From the NCBI GenBank assembly GCA_010909165.1, contig MU008163.1, forward strand, positions 310,001 through 374,000: a DNA stretch of 64,000 nucleotides, read 5' to 3'. Position numbers and translations under genes: made by a program. The notes beneath the pieces are model-generated. The model searched no databases. It saw nothing but the letters and a program-made list of their open reading frames with translations, and had not been told where the DNA came from. Shown piece after piece: positions 10,896 to 22,132 of this stretch; position 1 is the stretch's first letter; every line of letters begins with the position of its first letter. Origin of the DNA: Anthoceros angustus (Eukaryota; Plantae; Anthocerotophyta).

Positions 10896-12866
10896 GTGGG
10901 TGTGGTTGTGGCAACAGGAGCTACTACAAGCAAGCAATCTGGCCCTGTTGTTCCACGTCGGGGTTTGACGTCCAGACCATGGACGATCGTATTTAACTGT
11001 CAGACGAGCAGCAGCTTTGCCAGACCAAAAGTCGCAGGCCGCAGAATGGGAGAAGCAAAACAGAACGTCTTCTCTCGAAATCCTCTGATCCCAGGCAAGA
11101 GGGACGATCTAAGCACACAGGCGCTGGGAAGCCTGCTCAAAACTGCAGATTCCCAAACCAAAGTGCTGCCGGTCTGTGATGGCAAGCCTCTTGTGACTGC
11201 CTCTCTGGGACCCGATGGCAGGAGCCCGGAATGGCGGCTGGCCTGGATTTCGCCGGACGCTCTTGGGCAAGCCATTGGCCGGCCAGCCGATGGCGAGGGC
11301 GAGCTCGATTTGGACAAGCTGGTATACCTCGGGGAGAGGGATGGTACGCTGTTTCTGGCCCTGGATGTGTCGCCCACCAACAGCACGCCTGCGCCTGATC
11401 CAGCTCCGGGATCCTCAGAGCGGCCGTCAGCTGCTGCTGAGAGGGAGCTGGCCAGGAGGTTGAAGGACGAGTCTGGAGATGCGGTGGCGTTTGTGGAGCT
11501 CAGGACGTTGATGGTGGGAGCGCACTGGACAGATGAAGCAGCTTTGGCCGAGCTGTCGATTGCAGGTCATGTGTGTGACTTGGGCCCTTGTCCCCCCGGA
11601 ATGGAAATCTTGCTTGTGATCTGGACTGCGATTCTTGTTGTACTTCGGCTGATCTGAACTCTTGATGGAATGTGCTTAGAATGTGTTGAAAGATCCAACC
11701 GACTTGGGTGTCATGTGGGTGTGGGTTTGCAGGGCAGGGCCATGCTGGAGTGGCACAAGCATGCCCAGTTTTGTGGCAAGTGTGGGAAGCCGACGCAATC
11801 CATTGAGTCTGGGCTGCGTCGTCAGTGCTTTAACCCTAGCTGCAAGACTAAAGCCTATCCCCGGCTGGATCCGGTAGGTTTCAACAGTCACAGATCTTGT
11901 GCTAGTTGGTTGAAGCTGTGAAGGCAGCAGACAGACAGGCAAACAGAAAGGTGCTCATGCGTATAGTGAAGCTTGCAGGTGGTTATTATGCTGGTGATTG
12001 ACAAGGAGAGGGATGCGGTGGTGCTGGGCCGGCAGTCTCGCTTTGTCCCTCGGATGTGGAGCTGCCTGGCTGGTTTCATCGAGGTGACGGACTTGACATG
12101 GCATGGCATGACATCAATTACATGACATAAGTTTCCTTTCCATATGCTCTTGTGGCTATCGTGTTGAAGTGAACGGCATGAAAGAAAGCTTGCCTGTGTC
12201 CTTGCAGCAAGGAGAAAGCCTGGAGGAAGCTGTGAGGCGTGAGACTAGAGAAGAGGTTGGCATTGAAGTAGGCGAAGTTGTGTATCACAGCTCACAACCT
12301 TGGCCAGGTGCAGTTCTGTTGAAATTTCTGTTGCACTCTGTCGGTTTTTTGCAAGACGTTGATTGGGGGAAAGGGAAGGTTGTGGCAACATTCTTGACGT
12401 CCTTAGATGATTGTGTTGCAGTTGGAAGGAGCAGCATGCCGTGCCAGTTGATGGTCGGATTTTTTGCATTTGCCAAGACTTTTGACATACACGTCGATAA
12501 GAAAGAGCTTGACGGTAATTCTTGCGAATTTGTTGTTTGATGAAGTCGTGGGCCTATCGTCATCCCAGTTCTAAGTTTCTGTGTTGTGATTGGATTGCAG
12601 ATGCCCAGTGGCATACTCGAGACCAGATCAGAGAAGCTCTGACGCACACAGAGTATAAAAAGGCACAACTTCTGTCTGCGATGAGGGTGTACAGAGCTTG
12701 TTGTGGAGACCAGCTGGCCAAGGATTCTCTGGTAGACTTCCAGATAGATTCAAGTGGACAAGAAACTCCTGTTGTGTTCGTACCTGGGCCATATGCTATA
12801 GCTCACAATTTGATTGCCGCATGGGCTCAACAAGAACCAGAAACTCTGCTGCTAAGCAAAGTGTAA
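10896..12866 (+). CDS. NUDX19: NudC-like NAD(P)H pyrophosphatase (Nudix hydrolase 19 family), 6 recognisable exons
   Basis: Exons end or start at ..11570, 11733-11873, 11979-12083, 12208-12307, 12422-12514 and 12601-12866. Motifs include the zinc ribbon FCGKCG...CFNPSC, YPRLDP, the Nudix box AGFIE/QGESLEEAVRRETREEVG, and SQPWP. The first in-frame ATG is at 11046, so the real 5' end is unresolved. Confidence 0.9.
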
Positions 12867-13463
12867 CTCAGCTGCTAAGTAAAGTGTACCTCGGTAAGTG
12901 AAATGAAATGAGAACCCACCCAAAGCCCGGTGCAATCGATAGGTGCGGAGAGGGTTAAAGATGGGGAGGATCGTGGAGTTTCTGTTTAAACCATGAAGCT
13001 TCATGAATGGACCACGTTTAGTGCGCAGGAGTTCAACAGCCTAGACCAAGCTACACGCCAGGTTGAGGAGAGACGCATAGGGCCACAACTTGATGACCAG
13101 AGTGGCTTAACAAGGTCCGGACGCTGCGACAAGCAGACTGCCTACCCGAATACAGACGCCACAAACACTAACCAAGTTGGTCAGGGAACACGAACGCACA
13201 TACCGACAAGCTTGACGATGCATGCAACGCCAGCCTGCTGTGCTAGAGGAAACACTGAGCAGGCGTGAAGCTCTACAAGTCCAGCTATCAGGGAACATCA
13301 GACTTGAACAGATGGCTCATTCATGGTTCGCAAACCATTGGCTGCTCTTCGCAGCAGAACATTGTATTTACGTAATCCACATAGCTCCTGGCACCATCTT
13401 CTAAATCAATTTCTAGTGCCGACCCAGGCACGAAAATTCGAATGAAAAATTCACTTCCGTAAG

Positions 13464-13874
13464 TCAGAGTCTTCTGTATCTTTCAACCTCATCATCGTTC
13501 GGTAGGAAACCCATCAGCCGGAAGGCGGAGCACTGGTATGCATACATGAATCCCCCCATTAACCCAAGGAGTCCTCCAACATACATAGATGGGCCTCTGA
13601 TGTTGGAGCTCACTCCTGCAAAATCCAGATCTTCCAATTCTGAACAAAAATTCAGAGAGCAGCAGAGCTGCTTCGCGACAGAAGGATGGGATTCGAACGA
13701 AGAGAAGGACAGGATTCAACTCCCCTGACCTGCAATGTAGCCAAACGCCGTCGATCCGGAGGTGAGTGTTGTGAGTTTCACGAGATCATCGAAGTTGAAG
13801 TTGGAGACCGTCTTGCTGGCCGATGGATTGGGATCAACCACCGGAAACTTAGGTTCGTTCAGGATGACCCCCAT
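13464..13874 (-). CDS. Mitochondrial complex I 20.9-kDa-type accessory subunit (2 exons, 98 aa)
   Basis: Exons 13874-13730 and 13615-13464 give MGVILNEPKFPVVDPNP...GYIAG/VSSNIRGPSMYVGGLLGLMGGFMYAYQCSAFRLMGFLPNDDEV. This closely resembles the plant NADH-ubiquinone oxidoreductase 20.9-kDa subunit family. Confidence 0.88.
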
Positions 13875-13974
13875 TTGCTCTGATCTGCTCCAATGTCCAA
13901 GCACTGAAACACAAAGAGCTTGCTGAACGCTGCTTCCTTCAGCGTGCGTGGCAACGCTATCCCCGAGCTCAGGG

Positions 13975-13983
13975 AAACCCTAA
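13975..13983 (+). promoter_or_regulatory. Telo-box (AAACCCTAA) in the divergent promoter between the complex I subunit and UKL genes
   Basis: Exact aaaccctaa, plus two tcatgccctaaacga copies (~14001 and ~14266) in the ~500-bp interval. Function is inferred only. Confidence 0.4.
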
Positions 13984-14371
13984 ACGGAAAGACCCGGGCA
14001 TGTCATGCCCTAAACGAAGCCTTTCAACTTTTGGTTAATTTTTCTGCCGAAGTGGTCCCGAGATGCTGCCGTGTAAGATATCTTATATCTGAGGCTGTGG
14101 AACCGAAGCAAGAACCGAGTGTGTTTTACTGCATATATGTAGACAAATATCAGATGCTTTGTGCATCCAGGAACAGCTTCTTTATATATGAAGGAGCTGA
14201 GGATGCTGAGAGGAAAGGAAAGGAAGCAAGTGGTTCCCCTCACAACCCTAATCTGACAGGCTCGGTCATGCCCTAAACGAGCTAATTCTGTTTTCCTATG
14301 TTCTCCCTGCCATCCTGCCGTTGCCATTCAGATATCCAGCTGTGAGCCAGAAGGCTGGAACTGTTCCTAAG

Positions 14372-15775
14372 ATGGCTGAAGCAGCTGAAGAAGCAGAGGA
14401 GAACAAGCTGACTGTGCGTTGCAAACAGTTGCAGCCATTTGTGATTGGTGTTGCTGGTGGAACTGCATCAGGGAAAACCACTGTGTGTGACTTGATCATC
14501 CAGCAGCTTCATGACCACCGGGTGATTTTGGTGAACCAGGATTCCTTCTACCGGGGTCTGACTCCGGAAGAATCGAAGAACGCCGGCGAATACAATTTTG
14601 ATCATCCCGATGCTTTTGATACTGACCAGCTTCTGGAATGCTTGGGGCAGTTGAAGACCTGGCAGGATGTGGAGATCCCTGTCTATGATTTCAAGAGGCA
14701 CCGGCGGAGCACTCTCAGCTCCCGGAAGGTGAATGCAGCGGATGTGGTGATTTTGGAGGGAATCCTGATTTTCCATGATCCTCGGATTCGGGACATGATG
14801 AACATGAAGATTTTCGTGGACACGGATGCGGACGTGAGGCTTGCAAGGAGAATTCGAAGAGATACGTTGGAGAGGGGTAGGGATGTGAATGGAGTGCTTG
14901 AGCAGTATGCCAAGTTTGTGAAGCCTGCGTTTGACGATTTTGTGCTGCCGACGAAGAAGTACGCCGACGTGATTATACCTCGAGGAGGAGAGAATGTCGT
15001 GGCTGTGCATCTGATTGTGCAGCATATTCAGACTAAGCTGGGGCTTCATGATCTGCGCAAGTTTTATGGAAATGTCCATGTCATCCAGTCCACGTTTCAA
15101 ATCCGAGGCATGCACACCATCATCAGGGACCAAGACACAACGAATCCCGACTTCGTGTTCTATGCTGACCGTTTGATCCGCTTAGTTGTTGAGCATGGGC
15201 TCGGGCACCTGCCGTTCACGGAAAAGCAAGTTATGACACCTACTGGATGTGTGTACAGTGGCGTTGATTTCTGCAAGCGGCTTTGTGGAGTGTCCATAAT
15301 TCGAAGTGGAGAGAGTATGGAGAATGCTTTGCGGACTTGTTGCAAGGGCATCAAGATTGGCAAGATCCTGATTCACAGGGAGGGTGACAATGGAAAGCAT
15401 CTCATCTACGAGAACCTGCCCAGAGACATTCAGAACCGACATGTGTTGCTACTTGATCCTGTTCTGGCTACAGGCAACTGCGCTATTCAGGCCATTGAGT
15501 TGCTTCTGAAAAAGGGTGTGCCAGAATCTAACATCATTTTCCTCAACCTCATATCTGCCCCTGAGGGAATACAAGCGGTGTGCGATCGTTTCCCCCTTCT
15601 GAAGATAGTCACATCGGAAATTGACAAAGGTTTGAATGGTGAATATCGGGTTGTTCCTGGCATGGGTGAGTTTGGGGATCGCTACTTTGGCACAGACGTT
15701 GGGATGCCTTCCAAGACTCTGCAGTCTGTCGCGACAGGTGACATTCCCAGCTCCAATGGGCATGTGGAGCAATAG
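14372..15775 (+). CDS. UKL: Uridine kinase-like protein (uridine kinase + UPRT-like domain), intronless
   Basis: Uninterrupted ORF with the P-loop IGVAGGTASGKTTV, QDSFY, FDHPDAFD and VILEGIL. The UPRT-like domain includes LLLDPVLATG and PGMGEFGDRYFGT. The first ATG is at 14372. Confidence 0.93.
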   Translation: MAEAAEEAEENKLTVRCKQLQPFVIGVAGGTASGKTTVCDLIIQQLHDHRVILVNQDSFYRGLTPEESKNAGEYNFDHPDAFDTDQLLECLGQLKTWQDVEIPVYDFKRHRRSTLSSRKVNAADVVILEGILIFHDPRIRDMMNMKIFVDTDADVRLARRIRRDTLERGRDVNGVLEQYAKFVKPAFDDFVLPTKKYADVIIPRGGENVVAVHLIVQHIQTKLGLHDLRKFYGNVHVIQSTFQIRGMHTIIRDQDTTNPDFVFYADRLIRLVVEHGLGHLPFTEKQVMTPTGCVYSGVDFCKRLCGVSIIRSGESMENALRTCCKGIKIGKILIHREGDNGKHLIYENLPRDIQNRHVLLLDPVLATGNCAIQAIELLLKKGVPESNIIFLNLISAPEGIQAVCDRFPLLKIVTSEIDKGLNGEYRVVPGMGEFGDRYFGTDVGMPSKTLQSVATGDIPSSNGHVEQ

Positions 15776-16216
15776 ATTGGAAGGTGACACAATGCCCGTG
15801 AGTGTTTCAGCATCCTTGTACCTGGTCTCCTTGTTAACTTCTTGGGAGGATTTATTGAGCTTGGTAGGGCCTCCTCCCTGCTCTCCTCCGGCAGGTATTA
15901 ACAGGCTTTCCAGGTTTTGACCTTAGTGGTTCACATGAAACTAGACTTGGGACAAAGAGGTACCGAGGATGCAGGCTGTCCTCGATGACAAGTTGCAAGG
16001 TGTGTTTCTGAACCGCAGTCCAAGTTTCAAATTGTAGACCCTCAAAGCTGTGGAAGCTTGGCTCTTGCCTTGTGTACTCGGATCTTTGCCTAACACTTGA
16101 ACGAAAATACCCTGCAGGAACGGTGCAGCTATCTGGCAATTTGACGATCTCATCCGCAGAGCTTTGATTTGGACAATTGTCTCATTATTTTGGCAAAACA
16201 GTTGAACACTGCCTAC

Positions 16217-19200
16217 TTAGCCCATTTCTGAGGCCAGTCTTGAAAGCTGTGCATGAATATGTTCCGTTTGAAAGTGGCTTCTATCTCCTGCCGTAAACAC
16301 ATGTACGGCGTTCCCATACTCGATCCAGCTCTGCCCGCGTCTCTTCCAAGCAACTGCCTGTGCTCTCAGTTCAAGTATTTTGTTTGCAGAATCCCACATG
16401 TCTGCCTGGGCATATATGTTCTCCATGACCATGTATGGTGCACTGTGCTTCGGCTCCAGCCTCACGGCTTGCTCAAATGCATGTCTTCCCAGCTCTACGT
16501 TGTGATATATTCTGCACGCACTGAGCAGAGACATCCAAGTTGTGAAGCCAGGTGGGTCAGGCATGTGCTGCAGTAAGTCCTCTGCCTTATGGAGGAGTCC
16601 TGCCCGGCCGACGAGGTCCATGAGGCAGGCATAATGCCTGTCTGTTGCACTGATGCCACAGTCTCTCACCAAGTACTGGAAGCAGTGCAGACCCTTGTAC
16701 AACATTCCTGCACGGCTGCACGAGACGAGCAGCGAGCTCAACGTGTATCCGTCCGGCTTCATGCCTGCTTGCTGCATTTCCTGGAAGCACTCCATGCTCT
16801 TCTCATAGTCACCCTGCAAGGTATGCGCTGCAATCATGGCATTCCATGAGACCTGACTCTGCTTGGGCAAGGAGTCGAAAACAAGCCTTGCATCAGCCGA
16901 ACTACCACATTTTGCATATGCTAGAATAAGCGTGTTTCCCACACTCACAGAGGAACCGAGTCCGCTTTTCATTATGTCAAGATGAATCTGAATGCACATT
17001 GACAGGGCTCCAATACCACTACAAACCTTGAGCATGGAGAGATATGTGGCCTCATCTGGTATTGCACCTTCCTCTTGCATTCTGGAGTACAGTTGAAATG
17101 CTCTCATTCCCTGCTCTTGCTGCGCATATCCAGATATCAACGCATTCCATGACACTACTTCACGTTTACTTAAGCTCTCGAACACTTGCTCTGCATCCAT
17201 CATACTTCCAGATTTCCCATACATGTCTATCAGCGCAGAGCTAACATACGGGTCAGATTCACACCCGTGTCTGCGGATCTGGGCATGTATTACCCTGCCC
17301 TTTTGCAGCGAGTCTTCTTTCACAGGATGTCCACCTGTTTGGGCAACTTCCTCCATTGCTGCCAGACTGCCACATGCTTGCAGCACGCTTACAAAAGTCC
17401 ACTTGTCAGGCTTCACACCTGCTTTCTGCATCTGAGTATACAACTCCAGAGCTCTCTCGCTCTGCTCCTGCTGGACATATCCAGATACGATTGCGTTCCA
17501 AGCAATCACATCAGGCGTACCCAATCTGTCAAACAACATCAGGGCATCCGAGAAACTGCCACACTTTGCATACATGTGGACTAAGGTGTTGCTCACGAAA
17601 ACATTTGTTTCGAACCCCATCTTATATACTTCCGCATGAATCGCCTTTCCCCTTTGCAGAGAGGCTGGTTTCACTAGTTCCCCATAAACAAGTTGCTCAT
17701 CTTCCAAAGCAGCCATGCTGCCGCAGGCTTTCAATACAGTTACAAAGGTACGAACACTGGGTTCTACACCTTGCTTTTGCATATGGGAGTAGAGTTGCAA
17801 AACCGTCTCTGCCTGTCCATGATGGGAGTACCCTGATAGTAACGCATTCCACGATGCTACATTCCGCTGTGACAATAAATTAAATGTATACTGTGCATCA
17901 GTTATGCTCCCACACTTAGCATACATGTCAATCAAAGCAGTGGCCACGAATGCATCTGCCTCATAGCCCCACTCTGAAGCCTCATTATGCATTCTCTTAC
18001 CCTTTTCTAGAGCTTGCAACTTGATTGGCTGTCCATCCACCAGTGTATCTGTTTCCAAGGCTGCCATGCTCCCATATCCTTTAGCCACACTAACAAAGAT
18101 CCTGTCATGTGGATTCACACCTTGTTCTCGCATTTCATTATACAGCCGCAACACTATCTCATTCTGGTCTTGCTGCGCATATCCTGCAATCAGCACATTC
18201 CACAAAAGCACATTGCGAGGGAGCACCCTGTCAAATGCACCCTGGGCATCCACCATGCTCCCACATTTCACGTACATATTTACTAAAGTTGTACCCACAA
18301 ATAAATCCGACTCCAAGCCAGCTCTGACAATGTCCGCATGAATTCTTTTCCCCTCTTTCAGGTCTGCTAGGTTGCTGCAGACCTTAAGTACGCTTAGAAA
18401 TGTGTACTTATCTGGCTTCAGACGTTGGGCTATCATCCCATGATACACTCCAAGAGCTTCTCGACCCTGTCCGCTTACAGCAAGGCCTAAGATGACTGCC
18501 TTACAAGTAGACACACTAGGTTTTGTTAACCTGTTGAACACCAAAAGTGCATCTGGAAGACTCCCGCACTTGACAAACATTTTGATAACAGCACTGCTCA
18601 GATCTGCTTCCGTTACCTCACCACCCTTCACGGTAACAAGAGCATATGCTCTCTTAGCCATATCAAGGTTCCTCATTTTGCTGCACCCTTCAAACAGATG
18701 TCTATATGTCTCATTTAAGACAATTCCGGCAAGCTGGCTCCTGTGATTCAGCACCTCAAGTGCCTCCTGAATCCGCCCTTCCTCACACAATTTTTTCAGT
18801 TCCTGGTTGCGTTCATGCGTGATGCTTGAATTATACAAGAAGACCTTGATCAGTCGACCACATCAAAACTTCAACTGTCACTTTCATTTGTTATCAAAAA
18901 TCCGGTAAAGTACCTCACATCTGCTTCATCTCCAGGTTGCAAAGTTCGGTCCTTCAACTTGTTCAGCAAGTTTGCCTGTCTTCTGGACTCCACACTTGCA
19001 ACCCTCAGCCCAGGCTTGTCTCCAACAGCACTACTCCTTGCATGCCTCCGTAACCCACCGCCCTCGCAACTGTCTGTAAGCATCCCACAATCTCTTCTTT
19101 AGACGAGGTTGACCCACAAGGCATGGCTACAAAATCTATCGATGCATGAAATCTCACGCTCACCTTACCAGTGACACAGCCTTGCCACTCCAAAGGACCC

Positions 19201-19603
19201 CTTGTTTCTTGGGTGCTGGCCCCTGTCCCCACAGCGACATTAATTCCCCATGAGACCACGTGTATCCCCTACAATATGCCACGACCCACACAGAGCATAA
19301 TGCACACACTTCTGACCCTCCATGAAACCAAGCTCAGGCACCACCCAGCTGGGAGTCCCATCCTGCTCCACCCATAACCCCTCCTTGCTCACTTTGTGCC
19401 GAAAGTCCGGAACTCTGGAATCCGTCTGCACAACCCAATTCCACTGTGGGGACTACAACGACAGGAGGATTACACGTTTAGAGCTTCAACCACATGCCCA
19501 AGCGTACCTTGATCAACCTATTGTCCCACCATTCCGCAGGGTTCAGAAAGAAAGTCTTCCACAGCGCTTCCATTTCCCAGCGCAGGCCCTTTTGACGGCT
19601 TTG
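16217..19603 (-). CDS. Spliced PDF-motif + PLS-class PPR (E+ type, LL-like motifs)
   Basis: The large exon 18824-16217 has PLS repeats and ends RRGQSWIEY...LASEMG*. Upstream exons at ~19603-19508, 19425-19317, 19222-19169 and 19073-18914 are separated by GT-AG introns of 82, 94, 95 and 89 bp with consistent phases (0,1,1,2). They encode LWKTFFLNPAEWWDNRLIK/TDSRVPDFRHKVSKEGLW. The start codon is unresolved. Confidence 0.85.
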
Positions 19604-20829
19604 CTAGTGCTTGTACTGAAGCTGCTGCTCCACCGAATGCTCAGCCTGCTGGCAGAGAAGCAGCCGTCCGTGGGACCTTCACAAGCACCCACTAAGCTTC
19701 TGCTGTGAGCCAGCAGCGATGAGTAACGGTGGGATTTTGTAATTTTGTGAACCACCAGGTGATAGTGATGTTTTGTGCTTACTCTGTACGGAAGGCCTTC
19801 AGATGTTGTCCGACCATTCACAACATTCCCAGCTGAACAGATGTAGGTAGTCTGCATGCTCACAACGTGTTTGTAAAATCTGTTCTCCCCTGAAACGTCT
19901 TCGGTGACGTTGAGCATAGCATGTCAAATTATCTGTCACAAACGAAATTCGTCGACACGCCGCTGGACGATGCAATTGAAGAAGGAGAAGTTTATTATAG
20001 TTTACTTGGACCGAATTTTTCCGGCATGGGACTTAAGACTTAACAACTTGTACCATGTTGTTGTCCCTAAGCTACTTGCACCAAAGGCGTCCACTCCCTC
20101 TAGGCACCCCATCTTAAGATCGATCTAAGCACAGGATGCTTAATAGTCTGTTCTTATAAATGTGTGCTCATTTGGACTTGTAAACTATAGGCCTCTATTA
20201 AATAAAACCATAGTAGATCAAGGATCGATCTCAGCCTAACAGCCACTAGTGTCGGCCTGGATTTTTTCCATGCCCCTTACTGATAAGCAGTGAATGAACA
20301 AGTGCACTAGAGGGATGGAGATATTTATAATACACTTTCTAGTCACTTATATAAGATAAATTTAGAGATCTATCTATCTCGAAGGGGAGAATGCAATATG
20401 GAAGATCCTTGGGTACCCTTGAAGGTACCCACTGAATTGTGCACAAGCCTTTGCAATTGTTTGTGTAGTAGAATTCTTATTGTATAACTTACATGTTGCA
20501 TGTGCAGTTGTGCATATCCCACATATAATCTATACCCTAAAAGCAAGCTTGGGGGCCATATATGAGCTATATGCGTGTGCAAGTCCCCTTCATAAGCATA
20601 CATGAGTATCTAACATCGTCAAGTGATGTCCTCACCATGCCGCTGGAGCATAGTCTGGCGGTGCTAGAAAAGAGTTCTCTCTATATGTTTAGGGGTACAA
20701 ACACCCGTAGTCCTGGATCATGTTCAAGCAAGCTCTGCATTGATAAAAGTCCTGGATAAAAGTCTTGATTGGGTGATTGTACTAAAATTTCTTTCCTCTC
20801 TTACTGTAGGCATAAATCCCGGGTTGCCT

Positions 20830-21650
20830 CCCGTCTCCGTCGCTTCCGGGCGGGGGATTGGGAGGCTCTGCAGGAGGAGGCTTGTCATGCTGCGAGATCC
20901 AGGTTAGACTCGCTAAGGTGGATCGGGTTTGTTTAGACCTCACGAGGGCACATCTCAAAAGGTGCCTCTTGCTAGGCCACACCAGGGAGTTTGCTAGAGC
21001 TACTCCAAATCTTCGCCTGGAGCCGGTAGCGTCAGCTTCTGAGGAGCCTATTAATGCCCTTCGCGCCCTCCATCTAGCCCCGGGGGACCACATTTCGTAG
21101 GATATCCGGGGCTTCGTCCCAGAGGATCCTTTTTGTCTCGATAGGGTAGTTTTCAGACGGGCTCTTACCTCTACCCCGTGCCTTTCTTCATGTGTCTCTT
21201 GGGAACGGTCTATGACCACATCCGGGTTTAGTTTATTCCTAAGGATCCCTCTAGTGGTTTTTTGGAGTTGTTTCTTCTGGCAGCCGCTATGGCAAGGGGG
21301 AAGACTCGTTTACGGATTTCTCAGGTTTTGGGTGCTAGCAAGATACTGGCTATGAAGAAGCCCACACTTGGAGTACGCCCTATAGCCACGGGGGAGGAAT
21401 TCTTGCTGCTTATTAGTTACAACATTGCCATTCAGCTTCAAGAGTAATTCCAGGCCCATCTTAATCCCCACCAATTTGGGATTACTACCTCGGGGGCTGC
21501 TAGTCGGTGGCTTTTGGGGTTAAAGTGGTTCTTCAGCCATCCGGATCGGGTTCCTCTATAGGTTGACATTGGGAATGCCTTTAACAGGGCGGCCATCTTC
21601 AACGAGCTCAAGGACGCAGGAGGGCAATTGTTGAGTCTTATTCATCACTG
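20830..21650 (+). mobile_element. Degenerate non-LTR retrotransposon RT fragment, CRE/SLACS-like
   Basis: Reads ALRALHLAP ... LAMKKPTLGVRPIATGE...HLNPHQFGI...L*VDIGNAFNR..IFNEL with in-frame stops. This motif spacing matches RT domains 0-3 of restriction-like-endonuclease non-LTR elements, recognised by eye. Confidence 0.65.
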
Positions 21651-21770
21651 ACAAATGCGTAGCGGCTTCTTCAACACCTGTGATAGGTAATCTTTTTCCT
21701 ATCTCTGACCACAAAATTTTTCGGGCTGTAGATAGTTTTGAGATGAGCAATCGCGGGGTTAGTCCCCTTG

Positions 21771-21910
21771 GCATGTTGCCCTTCGTTGGGTTGTTCCTTG
21801 TCTTAGCATGTCGCCCTTTGTTGGGTTGTTCTCTTTCTAAGCATGTTGCCCTTTGTTGGGTTGTTCCCGGTCTTAGCATGTTGCCCTTTTGTTGGGTTGT
21901 TCCCCTGTTT
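21771..21910. repeat. 35-bp tandem repeat, ~4 copies
   Basis: gcatgttgcccttYgttgggttgttc(N9) repeated head to tail with few substitutions. Confidence 0.85.
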
Positions 21911-22132
21911 TTTTTCTGGGTTTCGGAGTTTTCCATCCTTTTTTATATAAAGTCTCTGCGCCCGTGTAGGCATAGCGGATGGTAAATGATGTAATAAGTA
22001 GGCTAGAGTCCTCTAGGGCTACAATTAGGGTTCGGTCTGTCACTGAGCTCTTTCTCTCGACAGTCTGCAAGGTAGCCCTGCGAATCAACAAGCCGACGCC
22101 ACCTACAGTCCGGAATTCTCTCGCCGTCCAAC

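Noticed and set aside
12900-13440. Small ORFs or a snoRNA between NUDX19 and the complex I subunit gene
   Set aside because: No recognisable protein and no convincing box C/D pair with terminal stem. It is probably convergent 3' UTR sequence.
120-19400. Dozens of short plus-strand ORFs overlapping the PPR genes
   Set aside because: They are antisense or alternate-frame shadows of repetitive PPR coding sequence, with no recognisable domains. Many start at non-ATG codons.
19930-20780. AT-richer stretch as a MITE or Helitron
   Set aside because: I found no terminal inverted repeats, TSD or diagnostic termini by eye.
21771-21910. 35-bp repeats as a CRISPR array
   Set aside because: The units are head to tail without unique spacers, there are no cas genes, and the context is eukaryotic and intron-containing.
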